A stretch of DNA of 64,000 nt from an uncultured Micavibrio sp. (GTDB taxonomy: Bacteria; Pseudomonadota; Alphaproteobacteria; Micavibrionales; UBA2020). The stretch lies in contig CAZHOE010000005.1 in assembly GCA_964534445.1 (NCBI GenBank), positions 26,969-90,968 on the forward strand. The letters run 5' to 3'. Below the pieces are notes generated by a model. It worked only from the letters and a program-made list of their open reading frames with translations. It was not told where the DNA came from and searched no databases. Positions within the stretch are counted from its first letter, which is position 1; the number at the start of each line of letters is the position of its first letter. Made by a program: the position numbers and the translations under genes. Positions 1 through 12,199 of this stretch are shown one piece after another.

Positions 1-77
1 ATAATATCGTGACGGGCATTCAAAAGATAAGCGGCACTCAAGCCCGAAATACCGGTGCCGATAATTGCGATACGCAT
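1..77 (-). CDS. FAD-dependent oxidoreductase (amine oxidase/COG2907-like), 5' part only, runs off window
   Basis: Reverse complement reads MRIAIIGTGISGLSAAYLLNARHDI, a Rossmann GxGxxG motif; not in the ORF track. Confidence 0.8.
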   Translation of the reverse strand, partial: MRIAIIGTGISGLSAAYLLNARHDI

Positions 78-170
78 TTTGTTGTTCCAAAAAGAGAATA
101 AAGCTTGCCACTATGTTTTAATTTTCCAATAAAACAGATTACGGCGCTATGGCGCAAAGATTACAAATTT

Positions 171-1544
171 TTAACAATGTTTTTTAAAAATAATCTGAAA
201 AATAAGCCCGGGCGCATTATCGGAAAGGACAATAGAAGCCCCGTGCAGGGAGATAATCGCTCCCACGAGGCTAAGCCCCAAGCCGTTGCCGGGGGCATGG
301 CGGCTGGCCTCCGCCCTGTAAAAACGATCAAAAACCTTTTCCCGTTCTTCCGGCGCAATCCCGATTCCACCATCGGCAACCGAGACCACCGTGCCGGTAT
401 CGTTCTGAGCCAAAAACACTGTAATCGCCCCACCCTGCGGGCTGTACTTGATGGCATTGTCGATAATATTGGCAAAAGCCTGAAACAAAAGGTCACGGTC
501 TCCAACGATGGACGCCGAAGAAAAATCACATATGACGTTAATATTCTTTTCTTCTGCGAGCGGTTCATACAATTCCACAACATCATGCAGCAGTTTTTGC
601 AAAGGCAAGGTAGAAAAATTATGCTTTTGCTTCCCCGTTTCAATGCGTGCGATGCGCAGCAGGGCATTAAAGGTCGATAATAAATGATCCGACTCTGCCA
701 ACAGCCTGTCACAGCGATCCGCAGCCTCGACATTCCCTGTAACCGCCGGATGCTTGCGCAGTGTTTCCAGACTGTTGCGCAGACGTGTCAGAGGGGTGCG
801 CAAATCATGTGCAATGTTGTCCGATACTTTTTGCACGCCTTCGACCAGAGTCTCGATCCTTTCCAGGAATCCGTTGAGGACAAGAGACATATTGCTCAGA
901 TCATCCCATTGTGAATCAATCTCGATACGCTGTGACAAATTACCCGTATCCATGATGCGCTTTGCGGTTTGTGCAATCCGGTTCGTGCGGCTGACAACGA
1001 ATGTGCTGATCATAAAGCTGGTCAAAATGACAATCATCATCAGCACGATGCTCAAAATACTGAGCCCCTGCATAAACCGGTAATTTGCCATCGAATCCGT
1101 TATATCCACGGCGACAAACAGGCGTCTGCCATCCTCAAACGTATGTATCTTGGCGGCATATTCCATCTCGGTGGCGGAGCTTTTGAAAAGCACCGTTCCC
1201 TCTGCCAGCAAGGAAACGTTATCCGGCAAAGCATCCAGATTGCCGGCCAAAATCTGCCCATCTCTATCGAGCAAGGCGAGTAATTTTCCGTCCGTTTGCT
1301 CTGTGACCTTCGCGGCAACGCTTTCGGCAGCGGCGGGCCCTGTGTATAAAGCTGCCAAGCTCTCTATGGCTGCATCAATGACTTTTTCCGTGCCGTATAC
1401 CAGATGTCCGCGCGAAAAGTAATGTCCGAAATAACCCAAAACGCCCACACTGATCCCCAGCAAGGCGGTAAAAAAAACCGCCATTTTAAAGCTGGAGCTG
1501 TGGTAATAACTGCGCGGTTTATTCTTCGATAATGTAGCCTGCAC
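171..1544 (-). CDS. Membrane sensor histidine kinase (HAMP-HisKA-HATPase)
   Basis: Two TM segments, H-box IAHDLRTPL, N-box NIIDNAIKY, G-boxes DGGIG and GNGLGLS. Confidence 0.95.
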   Translation of the reverse strand: MQATLSKNKPRSYYHSSSFKMAVFFTALLGISVGVLGYFGHYFSRGHLVYGTEKVIDAAIESLAALYTGPAAAESVAAKVTEQTDGKLLALLDRDGQILAGNLDALPDNVSLLAEGTVLFKSSATEMEYAAKIHTFEDGRRLFVAVDITDSMANYRFMQGLSILSIVLMMIVILTSFMISTFVVSRTNRIAQTAKRIMDTGNLSQRIEIDSQWDDLSNMSLVLNGFLERIETLVEGVQKVSDNIAHDLRTPLTRLRNSLETLRKHPAVTGNVEAADRCDRLLAESDHLLSTFNALLRIARIETGKQKHNFSTLPLQKLLHDVVELYEPLAEEKNINVICDFSSASIVGDRDLLFQAFANIIDNAIKYSPQGGAITVFLAQNDTGTVVSVADGGIGIAPEEREKVFDRFYRAEASRHAPGNGLGLSLVGAIISLHGASIVLSDNAPGLIFQIIFKKHC

Positions 1545-2193
1545 CGCGTATCGTCCTTATCATTTGCTGATCTGCGTTTTTGTTGATTTTACTGCGCAAC
1601 CTGCTGATATGCACGTCGATAACATTTGTTTGCGGATCAAAATGGTAATCCCAGACATTTTCCAGCAGCATAGTGCGTGTCACGACCTGCCCCTTGTGCC
1701 GCAGCAGATATTCCAGCAGGCGAAATTCGCGCGATTGCAAATCAACAAGCGCACCGGCGCGCAAAACACGGCGGCCCAGTAAATCCATCTCCAGATCACC
1801 CACGCGCAAAACGGTTTCCTGCTGATCGACATCTGCCGCACGGCGCTGCAAAGCCTCTACCCGTGCCAGAAGTTCCGAAAAGGCAAACGGCTTGACCAGA
1901 TAATCATCCCCGCCTGCCCGCAACCCTTTGACCCGGTCATCCACATCGCCCAGCGCGCTTAAAATCAAAACCGGCGTTTTATTACCCGCGCCGCGCATCG
2001 TTTTGATAATTGTCAGACCATCCAGTGACGGCAGCATGCGATCCATGATAATGACATCATAAAGCTCGGTCGTCGCAAGGAAAAGACCGTCCTTACCATC
2101 CGATGCCTTATCCGGACTATGGCCGTGCTCCATCAGGCCATTGACGATATAGGCCTGCACTTCGCTGTCATCTTCGACAATCAATATCCGCAT
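1519..2193 (-). CDS. OmpR/PhoB-family response regulator (CusR/CzcR-like)
   Basis: REC domain (VEDD, MDRMLP, KPF) plus winged helix (NVIDVHISRLR, TIRGAGY); overlaps kinase start. Confidence 0.95.
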   Translation of the reverse strand: MRILIVEDDSEVQAYIVNGLMEHGHSPDKASDGKDGLFLATTELYDVIIMDRMLPSLDGLTIIKTMRGAGNKTPVLILSALGDVDDRVKGLRAGGDDYLVKPFAFSELLARVEALQRRAADVDQQETVLRVGDLEMDLLGRRVLRAGALVDLQSREFRLLEYLLRHKGQVVTRTMLLENVWDYHFDPQTNVIDVHISRLRSKINKNADQQMIRTIRGAGYIIEE

Positions 2194-2373
2194 TTTGCAC
2201 CGCTTGACTGGTCTTTTACGGCATCATAGACGATATAAAGGAATATGAGAAACAATAAGATAAAAGGCAAGCATCGACAGGGGAGCATAAACAGCACCCC
2301 TTAAAAAATAAGATGCTCCGGAAGTTTATTCCGGACCATCTTTGGGTGGCAGCTTCTGCGTCAGGGTGTGCCG

Positions 2374-2733
2374 TTATGCGCTGCGGCGATATTCATAGCC
2401 GTAATGGCTGTATACCTTATCGCGGAAGGATGCATCGGCCATGTTCGGCCAGTGATCTTTATCAAAGCCGGGGGCATTTTCCAACTGCTCTTTTGTCGCA
2501 TTCAGCACCACGCATTCCTCATCGGTATCTACGCTGATCGCCTGCGGTGGAATGGCAAAAAGCTTGTCTCCAAGTCCCAAAAACCCGCCAAATGAAAGCA
2601 CATAATATTGCACCTGACCGGTTTGCGTATCAATCATGATATCCTTGATATCACCTAGGTCTTCGCCCAAAGTGTTTTTAATCTTGTCTCCTTCCAAGGA
2701 AGAGGCCGATAGAACAACGTTATTGATCTTCAT
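2374..2733 (-). CDS. PRC-barrel domain protein
   Basis: LGDIKDIMID...YYVLSFGGFLGLGDKLFAIP, APGFDKDHWP; AAGGAG RBS. Confidence 0.9.
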   Translation of the reverse strand: MKINNVVLSASSLEGDKIKNTLGEDLGDIKDIMIDTQTGQVQYYVLSFGGFLGLGDKLFAIPPQAISVDTDEECVVLNATKEQLENAPGFDKDHWPNMADASFRDKVYSHYGYEYRRSA

Positions 2734-2803
2734 AATAATTCTCCTTTATTTGTTGTCACTCTTAGCCAAAGAACATTTCGAAAAAAAGTTCCGCTCATAT
2801 GGA

Positions 2804-3331
2804 TTACCGTTTGGCGTACATGGCCTTGCTTTTGCTGATGGATTCTTGTTTCGGAATATCGGCTTCTTCCCCCAACCGGCGCGTCATCATATTTATCTTT
2901 TTTTCAAGTACTTCCTTTTTCCGCAGCCCCTTGTTTAGAACGTCTGCTTCTTCTTCGAAGCCCAGTTTTTTTGCCATCGAGGCCAGACAACCACAGCCCT
3001 CTATTTCATAGGCAATAATTTTTTCGGCAAAGGCCGAAATCGCCCGATCCTGTTCCGGACCTCTTTTTTTAATTTTGATAATAGGTTCCCCTTCAGAAAG
3101 AAGGGACTGTATTTCTGTGTTTTGTGCCGCGTTCTTATTGCCATATTTGATATTGGCAAGCGCACTTAAAAGACATTGCGCCTCTTCACGCTGCCGCACC
3201 AAAACCTGCGTAAGCTGCGGATTCGCGATTGCCTCGACAAGCTGCGGCAGAAAGGAAACAACTTCCCTTTCCGTATCGCGTATTTTGCCAAATTCATACA
3301 AAAAGGCGCTGTATAAATTGCCTGATTTCAT
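2804..3331 (-). CDS. Divergent DUF892/YciF ferritin-like protein
   Basis: Helical; LLSEGE...DRAISAFAEKIIAYEIEGCGCLASMAKKLG resembles YciF D-AAL-AAQKVEHYEIA-YG; several metal ligands altered. Confidence 0.7.
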   Translation of the reverse strand: MKSGNLYSAFLYEFGKIRDTEREVVSFLPQLVEAIANPQLTQVLVRQREEAQCLLSALANIKYGNKNAAQNTEIQSLLSEGEPIIKIKKRGPEQDRAISAFAEKIIAYEIEGCGCLASMAKKLGFEEEADVLNKGLRKKEVLEKKINMMTRRLGEEADIPKQESISKSKAMYAKR

Positions 3332-3360
3332 CAAAGTTCCATTCTTGTATGAAAGGCAGT

Positions 3361-3400
3361 AAAAAGCCGGAAGCAGGGCTTCCCCCCATTGCTTCCGGCT
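3361..3400 (-). terminator. Intrinsic terminator/hairpin after small hydrophilic gene
   Basis: AGCCGGAAGCA...TGCTTCCGGCT stem with A5 on + (U-tract on -). Confidence 0.7.
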
Positions 3401-3411
3401 CGCAGAAAATG

Positions 3412-3570
3412 TTAGTGCGTCTTATTTTTTTTGTTCTGGTCATTGCCATTTTGAACATTTTTATCTTTACCTTCTTCAGATTGGCGCTTGTCCGTACGCA
3501 GCGATTTATCCTGCTTGTTCGGGTTTGCATTTTTCTGGTTCTGCTGGTTGTTTTCATTTTGCTTATACAT
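3412..3570 (-). CDS. Small N/Q/K-rich hydrophilin-like protein (52 aa)
   Basis: MYKQNENNQQNQKNANPNKQDK...; AAGGAG RBS, upstream EcfG-type promoter, downstream terminator. Confidence 0.7.
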   Translation of the reverse strand: MYKQNENNQQNQKNANPNKQDKSLRTDKRQSEEGKDKNVQNGNDQNKKNKTH

Positions 3571-3624
3571 ACTTCTATACTCCTTGTTGTGGGTTAATGA
3601 TTTTTTACTCATCTCGTATGTGCA

Positions 3625-3649
3625 AACGGAGAGCTGTAAGGGTTGTTCC
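3625..3649 (-). promoter_or_regulatory. EcfG/SigT-type promoter
   Basis: Minus strand GGAAC-N16-CGTT, exact consensus. Confidence 0.75.
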
Positions 3650-3707
3650 CCTGTATCCCCCTTTTTGTATTTTTTACCGTTTTTCCTTACTTATTCTTGA
3701 GCGTCCG

Positions 3708-3745
3708 AAAAGAAAAACGCCTGTACCTTTACACCGGTACAGGCG
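3708..3745 (-). terminator. katG terminator
   Basis: CGCCTGTACC/GGTACAGGCG stem plus U-rich tail on -. Confidence 0.75.
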
Positions 3746-3781
3746 CTTTCTCGTTCCCTTGCCCGGAAGGCGCGGAAGTTT

Positions 3782-6094
<2,313 letters not shown>

Positions 6095-6247
6095 TCATAA
6101 ATAAAATCAGTTAAGGGTGGGCAATAGATAAGCAAAACATATTTTACGAAGAGACCCGGACCTTGGGATTTTCCTTATTGCGCACTATCCCCTTCCGCCT
6201 GTAAGATACGCCCTTGTCAATAAAGACCGCTAAAAAACGCAGACAGC

Positions 6248-7234
6248 ATGACCTTCACCATCGGCCATATTCAGGTATCGGATCCCGTTTTCCTCGCCCC
6301 CATGTCGGGCGTGACGGATTTGCCGTTTCGCCGCATGGTCAAAAGCTTCGGCGCGGGACTTGTGTTCTCCGAGATGATCGCGAGCCGTTCTGTCATTGAA
6401 GACTGGAAAAGCAATGTCAAAGTGTCTGTCGATTATGCGGAAGAATTTCCGATGGCCGTACAGATTGCCGGCTGCGAGCCGGACATCATGGCGGAAGCGG
6501 CCAAGATCAACGTCGACCGCGGCGCGGCGATCATCGACATCAACTTCGGCTGCCCTGTCAAAAAAATTGTGACCAGCTATGCGGGCTCCGCCCTGATGCG
6601 GGATGAAGATCTGGCCACACGCATCATGGCCGCCGTGGTGGAAGCCGTCGAGGTACCCGTGACCGTCAAGATGCGTCTGGGGTGGGATGAAACCAGCCTG
6701 AATGCGCCTGCCCTTGCGCGCGCGGCGCAAAATGTCGGCATTCGAATGGTGACCGTGCATGGCCGTACGCGCAACCAGCTCTATAACGGCGCCGCAGACT
6801 GGCACGCTATTCGCAGGGTACGCGAAGCGACCGATCTACCGCTCGTCGTCAATGGCGATATTCTCTCTCCCGCCGATGCGCGGCAGGCCATGGATATGTC
6901 GGGCGCGCAGGGCGTGATGATCGGGCGCGGCTGCTACGGCAAACCGTGGCTGCTACGCGAAACGGCGGCCCATCTGAAAGGTGCCACGCCCCCGCCCCCG
7001 CCGACACCCGCAGAGATGCTGGCTGTCATTGAAAAACATTATGCAGACATGCTTGTCTATTACGGCACAAAACAGGGCGTCCAAATCGCCCGCAAGCATC
7101 TTGGCTGGTATTTGCAGGATTTACCGGGCGGCGCTGCCATCCGCCCCGACATCAACCGCCTGCACGAGCCCGACAAGGTTCTGGAAAAACTCCACACCTT
7201 CTTCACCGCCCTGCCGGATAACGCTTTTGTTTAA
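6248..7234 (+). CDS. dusB: tRNA-dihydrouridine synthase B
   Basis: LAPMSGVTD, DINFGCP, HGRT, NGDI, MIGRG motifs. Confidence 0.93.
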   Translation: MTFTIGHIQVSDPVFLAPMSGVTDLPFRRMVKSFGAGLVFSEMIASRSVIEDWKSNVKVSVDYAEEFPMAVQIAGCEPDIMAEAAKINVDRGAAIIDINFGCPVKKIVTSYAGSALMRDEDLATRIMAAVVEAVEVPVTVKMRLGWDETSLNAPALARAAQNVGIRMVTVHGRTRNQLYNGAADWHAIRRVREATDLPLVVNGDILSPADARQAMDMSGAQGVMIGRGCYGKPWLLRETAAHLKGATPPPPPTPAEMLAVIEKHYADMLVYYGTKQGVQIARKHLGWYLQDLPGGAAIRPDINRLHEPDKVLEKLHTFFTALPDNAFV

Positions 7235-7290
7235 ACGTGGGTGGCTTTATGATCCTTCCCAGCTGACAACGACTTTCCGAGGACCTCGAC

Positions 7291-8049
7291 ATGGATAGCC
7301 TACTGACCCTTGCCGCCGATCCGACCATCTGGGCAGCGCTGGCGACGCTGATTGTGATGGAAATCGTTCTGGGGATCGATAACCTGATCTTTATTTCCAT
7401 TTTGTCCAACAAATTGCCGGAGCATATGCGTGCCAAGGCACGCCGCATCGGGATTTCGGCAGCACTGTTGCTGCGTCTGGTGTTGCTGGCCTCCGTGGCC
7501 TGGATCGTGCAGCTGACAGAGCCCGTTTTTGGCGCCTTTGGTCACAGCTTTTCATGGCGGGACATGATTTTGATCGCAGGTGGTCTGTTCCTTGTCTGGA
7601 AAGCGACCAAGGAAATTCACCACAACGTCGATCCCGATCCCGAAGACGATCTGTTCGAGAAAAAATCCGCGGCGCCAAGTTTTGCCGCTGCGATCGGGCA
7701 AATTCTGGTGCTGGATCTTGTTTTTTCCATCGACAGCATCATCACCGCCGTCGGGATGACGGAACACGTCCCCGTGATGGTCGTTGCCGTGATTGTGGCC
7801 GTATCGGTCATGCTGCTGGCCGCCAACCCGCTGGCGAACTTTATTCATGCAAACCCCACGGTTGTCATGTTGGCACTCGGCTTCCTTTTGATGATCGGCA
7901 TGACGCTGATTGCCGAAGGTTTTGGCGCGCATGTGCCGAAAGGCTATATCTATACGGCCATGGCGTTCTCTGCCGGTGTGGAGGTTTTGAACATCTTCGC
8001 CCGCCGCCGCAGCCGTAGAAAACGTGAAGAAAAAGCAGCACAAGGGTAA
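7291..8049 (+). CDS. TerC family membrane protein
   Basis: [27 protein letters not shown]. Confidence 0.93.
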   Translation: MDSLLTLAADPTIWAALATLIVMEIVLGIDNLIFISILSNKLPEHMRAKARRIGISAALLLRLVLLASVAWIVQLTEPVFGAFGHSFSWRDMILIAGGLFLVWKATKEIHHNVDPDPEDDLFEKKSAAPSFAAAIGQILVLDLVFSIDSIITAVGMTEHVPVMVVAVIVAVSVMLLAANPLANFIHANPTVVMLALGFLLMIGMTLIAEGFGAHVPKGYIYTAMAFSAGVEVLNIFARRRSRRKREEKAAQG

Positions 8050-8058
8050 ATCAAAATC

Positions 8059-9027
8059 ATGCTGGCCCTGCCGGATAAATGGTTATGGGACTTCTGGCTC
8101 GCCCGTGACGGCGAGACATGGCATATGTTTTTTCTGCAAGCGGACAAATCATTGGGCAATCCGGATTTGCGGCACTGGAATGTTTCCGTCGGACATGCAA
8201 CGTCGACAAACCTGACCGATTGGGATTATCTGGGTGCGTGTTTTGCGCCTGCGCCGTCGCCGGCATGGGATGATTACACCACATGGACGGGCAGCGTCCT
8301 GCAAGGGCCAGACGGCACATGGCATTTCTTTTATACCGGCACCAGCCATGCTGATCAGGGGCTCAAACAACGCCTTGGCCATGCAACCAGCACCGACCTG
8401 CACAACTGGCAGCGCGTCGGCGACGGCTTTATGCTGGATGTCGATACGCAGTTTTACGAAGAACACATGCCGAATGTCTGGCATGACCGTGCTTTTCGCG
8501 ATCCCTGGGTTATCCCCGATCCGGAGGGCGACGGCTGGTTAATGTTTTTTACCGCCCGTATCCCTGATTGTGCGGAGGCCAATAGCGCAGGGGCTATCGG
8601 CCTTGCGACATCTAAAGATCTTTATCATTGGCACATTGAACCACCCGTTTATGCCGGCGGCGATTTCGGCCAGCTGGAAGTGCCGCAGGTGCAAAAAATC
8701 GGCAACAAATGGTACTGCCTTTTCGCGACAACGGAAAATTTTTGGTCAAACCGCTACGCCGCGCATTACGGACGCCCCGGCGCCGGCGGCTCGCACTATC
8801 TGATCGCTGATCACCCCAAAGGCCCGTGGCATGTGGCAGAGGGAAAGTTTTTGGACGGCGATTCCCATTGCCCGCGCTATTCCGGCAAAATTGTAGATAC
8901 AGGCAAAGGGTATGTTTTTATGTCGTTTGAAAACAATGACGAAAACGGTCATTTTATCGGCGTCATCAATGATCCCCGCGCTGTAGAAACAGATGCGGCG
9001 GGCCGGATTATTTTTTCCGCGCCGTAA
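8059..9027 (+). CDS. Clan GH-J glycoside hydrolase (GH32/68-like beta-fructofuranosidase), no signal peptide
   Basis: WLWDFW nucleophile motif, WTGS, FRDP, LEVP acid/base. Confidence 0.85.
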   Translation: MLALPDKWLWDFWLARDGETWHMFFLQADKSLGNPDLRHWNVSVGHATSTNLTDWDYLGACFAPAPSPAWDDYTTWTGSVLQGPDGTWHFFYTGTSHADQGLKQRLGHATSTDLHNWQRVGDGFMLDVDTQFYEEHMPNVWHDRAFRDPWVIPDPEGDGWLMFFTARIPDCAEANSAGAIGLATSKDLYHWHIEPPVYAGGDFGQLEVPQVQKIGNKWYCLFATTENFWSNRYAAHYGRPGAGGSHYLIADHPKGPWHVAEGKFLDGDSHCPRYSGKIVDTGKGYVFMSFENNDENGHFIGVINDPRAVETDAAGRIIFSAP

Positions 9028-9814
9028 TAAAGATCACATCCTCGGAAAAGCTTAATCCCTCGGGATAAACCTTGGACGGAAAGGCGCGGTTCATCATCCA
9101 CAGCAAATCGCTATGCGCCCAGGGCGACATCTCGATCAGATGCTTGCCGTACATGAACTTTGCGGCAGAGGCCGTAAACCAGTGCTCCAGATATTTTTCG
9201 GTATTCTCCACCTCGCGGTCAACGGTATAGGTTTTCAGCCCCAGAATGTCCCAACCGTGACGGGACAGCAAATCACGCCATTCCATTTTGTTCAGATAAA
9301 AAAACGGGCTGTTGCCGGGGGTGATTTTAAACTCGTTGCGTACATAGCTGTCGATCATGGTCAGCAGTGACGGTAAAGACTCGCAGGTACTGAACATGAA
9401 AATACTGCCCGCATGGGTCAGATCATTGATATTTTTCATCATCCCTTCCTTGTTGCTGACCCAATGGATCGCCCAGTTGGAAATGACGGCATCAAACAAT
9501 GTGTTTTCGTTTTTCAGCTCCGGCAGTTTTTCTGCCGGAATTTTTTTATAGGTAATGCGCGGATCTGCATATTTCTTTTGCGCGACATCGAACATTTCCC
9601 AGTCAGGCTCGATGGCGACCAGCTTCTCGACGCCTTGAAACAAATCAAGACACTGCTTCGTACGCGCGCCGCTGCCCGAACCGATGTCCAGCAACGTGCG
9701 CAACTGGTTATACTGCGGCACTGTACCCGTAATGAGCTGACACAGCGCGACAAACTGCTGCTGCTGGAAATCGCTGGTTTTATCATAAAAACTGCCCAGA
9801 TTCTCCTTCATCAT
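9008..9814 (-). CDS. Class I SAM-dependent methyltransferase (Tam/BioC-like)
   Basis: LLDIGSGSG, FDAVISNWAIHWV. Confidence 0.88.
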   Translation of the reverse strand: MMKENLGSFYDKTSDFQQQQFVALCQLITGTVPQYNQLRTLLDIGSGSGARTKQCLDLFQGVEKLVAIEPDWEMFDVAQKKYADPRITYKKIPAEKLPELKNENTLFDAVISNWAIHWVSNKEGMMKNINDLTHAGSIFMFSTCESLPSLLTMIDSYVRNEFKITPGNSPFFYLNKMEWRDLLSRHGWDILGLKTYTVDREVENTEKYLEHWFTASAAKFMYGKHLIEMSPWAHSDLLWMMNRAFPSKVYPEGLSFSEDVIFITARKK

Positions 9815-9968
9815 GCCGGATCCCCTTTGGATTATATTATGTCTGGTATGCCTATTCTCGGATCTTAAACAATTTTTTTCAAGCACTTATCCTATGCTTG
9901 CGCTATGATGCTGGCTCATTCTAAAATCCGCCCTGCCCGCAACGCCAGATACGGAAAGCGCATTTTGT

Positions 9969-11813
9969 ATGTCTTACATCTACACAACACTCGCGGCCGT
10001 CACGCCCGCCTTTTGGATCTTTTGCATTCTAATGGCAATGATTGTGGCCTTCATCCAAGGCAGTCTGCGGCATGATTTTGTTGCAGCGCTGGCGCTGCTT
10101 GCCTGTGTGGCACTGGGGCTGGTTGTGCCCGAAGATGCTTTTGCAGGGTTCGGCCATCCCGCCGTCATTACCGTCGCCGCCATCCTGATCCTCAGCGGGA
10201 TGTTGCAGACCACCGGCGCGGCAGATCGTTTGGTGCGCTTTGCCATCCCCTCCAAGGCAGGGCCCTTTATGACGCAGGCACTGCTCGTCATCGTTGCCGC
10301 CTTGCTTTCGGCCTTTATGAACAACGTTGGCGCGCTTGCACTGCTAATGCCTGTTGCCCTGAATCTGGCAAACCGTCACGGTATCCCGCCCGGCAAACTT
10401 TTGATGCCTCTGTCGTTTGGTTCCATCCTTGGCGGTATGACAACATTGATCGGCACGCCGCCAAATTTGATTGTGGCAGGTTTCCGCGCCAAGGTCAGCG
10501 GCGAAGCCTTCAGCATGTTCGATTTCAGCCCCGTGGGCGTCGTTGTTGCCCTTGCCGGCGTTCTGTTTATTCTGCTGACCAGCCGTTTCTTGGTTCCCCT
10601 GCGTAGCCGCGCTGGGATTGAAGGGTTTGAAACCGGCGCCTATATTGCCGAAGCAAGGGTCACCGAAAAATCCAAACTGGCGGCAAAAAACATCCGCGAC
10701 ATAGAAATGGAAATTGATAAAGCGGGTCTTGATGTGCAGATCATCGGCCTTGTGCGTAACGAAAAACGTCTGTTCACCCCGCACCGTTTTCATCAGGTCA
10801 ATGCCGGCGATATTCTGATTGTAGAGGCGGGGCCGGAAGAGCTGACCGGATTGCTGGAGAGCTTCGGCCTGCAAATCATTGGCGATAAAAACCGCGAGGA
10901 TGTGGATAGCCAGGAGAATGTCGATGCGCCGCCCGCCCCTGCCAACATCTTACAATCAGATGATATTATTTTGATGGAAGTCGCCTTGTTGCCGGAATCT
11001 GCTTTGCAGAATCGCTCTGTTACGGATATTTACCTCAATCGCCGTTATGACATCAACCTGCTGGCCGTGTCCCGACAAGGGGAGCGCCGTCTGGCACGCC
11101 TAAAAAAAATGAAGCTGGCGGCCGGCGATGTGCTGCTGCTGCAAGGAGAGCGCGAGGCATTGGCTGAATTTTCCCAACAATACAGCTGTGTTCCGCTGGC
11201 CGACCGCCCCTTACGCCTGCCCTCACCGCAGCCGGCCATGCTGGCCGTACTGATCATGGTGGCAGCTGTACTGGGTACAGTAATTGGCGCGCCGGCTACG
11301 CTGTGTTTTGTGACGGCAGCCATTGCGGCGGCACTGTTAAAAATTATCCCTGCGCGCAGCTTTTATAATTCCGTCGACTGGTCGGTCATTGTCCTGCTAG
11401 GGGCCCTGATCCCCGTTGCGCATGCCTTTGAAAGCACGGGCGCCGCCGCGATGATGGCCGGATTTTTTCTGGACAACATCGCGCAAAATAGCGCGATCAT
11501 TACCCTGATCGTCCTGCTGGTCGTGACCATGACCCTATCGGATTTCATGAACAACGTTGCCACCGCCGCCATTATGTGCCCGATTGCGATCAGCGCGGCG
11601 CAAAGTTTGGGTGTGAATACGGATCCGTTCCTGATGGCAGTTGCGATCGGCGCCTCCTGCGCCTTCCTCACGCCGATCGGCCACCAGAACAATACGCTTA
11701 TCCTGGGGCCGGGCGGTTTTCGCTTCGGGGATTATTGGCGGCTGGGCTTGCCGCTGGAGGTGCTGGTTATTGCAGTCAGCATCCCCATGCTGCTCGTCGT
11801 CTGGCCGCTATAA
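9969..11813 (+). CDS. SLC13/CitMHS family permease with TrkA-C domains
   Basis: SAFMNN, GGMTTLIGTPPN, two TrkA-C repeats, FLTPIGHQNN. Confidence 0.92.
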   Translation: MSYIYTTLAAVTPAFWIFCILMAMIVAFIQGSLRHDFVAALALLACVALGLVVPEDAFAGFGHPAVITVAAILILSGMLQTTGAADRLVRFAIPSKAGPFMTQALLVIVAALLSAFMNNVGALALLMPVALNLANRHGIPPGKLLMPLSFGSILGGMTTLIGTPPNLIVAGFRAKVSGEAFSMFDFSPVGVVVALAGVLFILLTSRFLVPLRSRAGIEGFETGAYIAEARVTEKSKLAAKNIRDIEMEIDKAGLDVQIIGLVRNEKRLFTPHRFHQVNAGDILIVEAGPEELTGLLESFGLQIIGDKNREDVDSQENVDAPPAPANILQSDDIILMEVALLPESALQNRSVTDIYLNRRYDINLLAVSRQGERRLARLKKMKLAAGDVLLLQGEREALAEFSQQYSCVPLADRPLRLPSPQPAMLAVLIMVAAVLGTVIGAPATLCFVTAAIAAALLKIIPARSFYNSVDWSVIVLLGALIPVAHAFESTGAAAMMAGFFLDNIAQNSAIITLIVLLVVTMTLSDFMNNVATAAIMCPIAISAAQSLGVNTDPFLMAVAIGASCAFLTPIGHQNNTLILGPGGFRFGDYWRLGLPLEVLVIAVSIPMLLVVWPL

Positions 11814-11822
11814 TTTGGGATA

Positions 11823-12080
11823 TTATTCATCATAACGGTCTACAACGTAACCTGCGCCTGCACCGACTGCTGTGCCAATAGCAGCACCACAGCTGACGCA
11901 ACCGCCTGTCATGGCAGCGCCTGCTGTACCGACACCTGCACCGATTGCGGCGCCTGACAGTACACGCTGTTCCCGTTGGCTCATGCCGGAGCATGCGGTC
12001 ATTGAGACCAGCGCTAAAACGGCCAGCATGGTTTTAGCAGAATACATCATGTTCTTTTTGTAAATTGTTTCTTCTCGCAT
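11823..12080 (-). CDS. Glycine-zipper small lipoprotein (OsmB/YMGG-like)
   Basis: Lipobox MTAC, GAAIGAGVG...GAAIGTAVGAGAG; GGAGG RBS. Confidence 0.85.
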   Translation of the reverse strand: MREETIYKKNMMYSAKTMLAVLALVSMTACSGMSQREQRVLSGAAIGAGVGTAGAAMTGGCVSCGAAIGTAVGAGAGYVVDRYDE

Positions 12081-12107
12081 GATAACCTCCTTTTATATTT
12101 ACACACT

Positions 12108-12132
12108 AACGAGTGGGCTATTGTAAAGTTCT
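12108..12132 (-). promoter_or_regulatory. EcfG-type promoter
   Basis: AGAAC-N16-CGTT on -. Confidence 0.6.
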
Positions 12133-12133
12133 G

Positions 12134-12169
12134 AAAAAACTACCCGGCCTCTCTTCAGAAGCCGGGTAG
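12134..12169 (-). terminator. Terminator of EF-hand gene
   Basis: CTACCCGGC/GCCGGGTAG stem, U6 on -. Confidence 0.75.
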
Positions 12170-12199
12170 CCAACCATGGGGAAGCACGGTTAAGTCTGA

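Noticed and set aside
7235-7290. Possible yybP-ykoY riboswitch before TerC
   Set aside because: Gap is only 56 bp and lacks the conserved motifs
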